Of a stretch of 64,000 bases of DNA, positions 64,000 to 64,000 are shown one piece after another. This stretch comes from a virus. The stretch covers positions 1-64,000 of IMG/VR virus record IMGVR_UViG_3300035190_001334; one strand, written 5' to 3'. The notes under the pieces are model-generated. The model was not told the DNA's origin, ran no database searches, and saw nothing but the letters and a program-made list of their open reading frames with translations. Made by a program: the position numbers and the translations under genes. Every line of letters starts with the position of its first letter. The first letter of the stretch is position 1.

Positions 64000-64000
64000 A

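Overview
A 64-kb internal segment of a large, AT-rich tailed dsDNA phage genome. The host is most likely a cyanobacterium (inferred from the Hsp20 + PhoH + class Ia RNR gene set, cyanobacterial-type RHH/KilA-like proteins and apparent GATC avoidance). The + strand carries replication, nucleotide-metabolism and counter-defence genes: T7-like family A DNA polymerase, nrdAB, thyA, macrodomain, RNA ligase, phoH, KilA-N and many small ORFs. These are interleaved with mostly - strand virion genes: portal, tape measure, baseplate-like genes and many LamG/FN3/Ig tail proteins. There is also ruvC and a cluster of 7 tRNAs plus one tRNA-like element. Best candidates for something new: (1) two copies of a compact cassette, a GIY-YIG/NUMOD3 endonuclease plus a divergent ribbon-helix-helix micro-gene sharing a 19-bp bidirectional promoter; one copy sits in the 5' end of a tail gene, leaving the old N-terminus stranded and supplying a replacement; (2) a dispersed family of basic small proteins (three of four with Gly-zippers) sharing an (H)FANF/ANF motif, possibly a protease-processing or packaging signal. 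Also noted: recurrent leaderless promoters (-10 box exactly 6 nt before ATG), scattered terminase-like fragments and an acidic/basic paralog pair. Family assignments come from motif recognition by eye; no searches were run.
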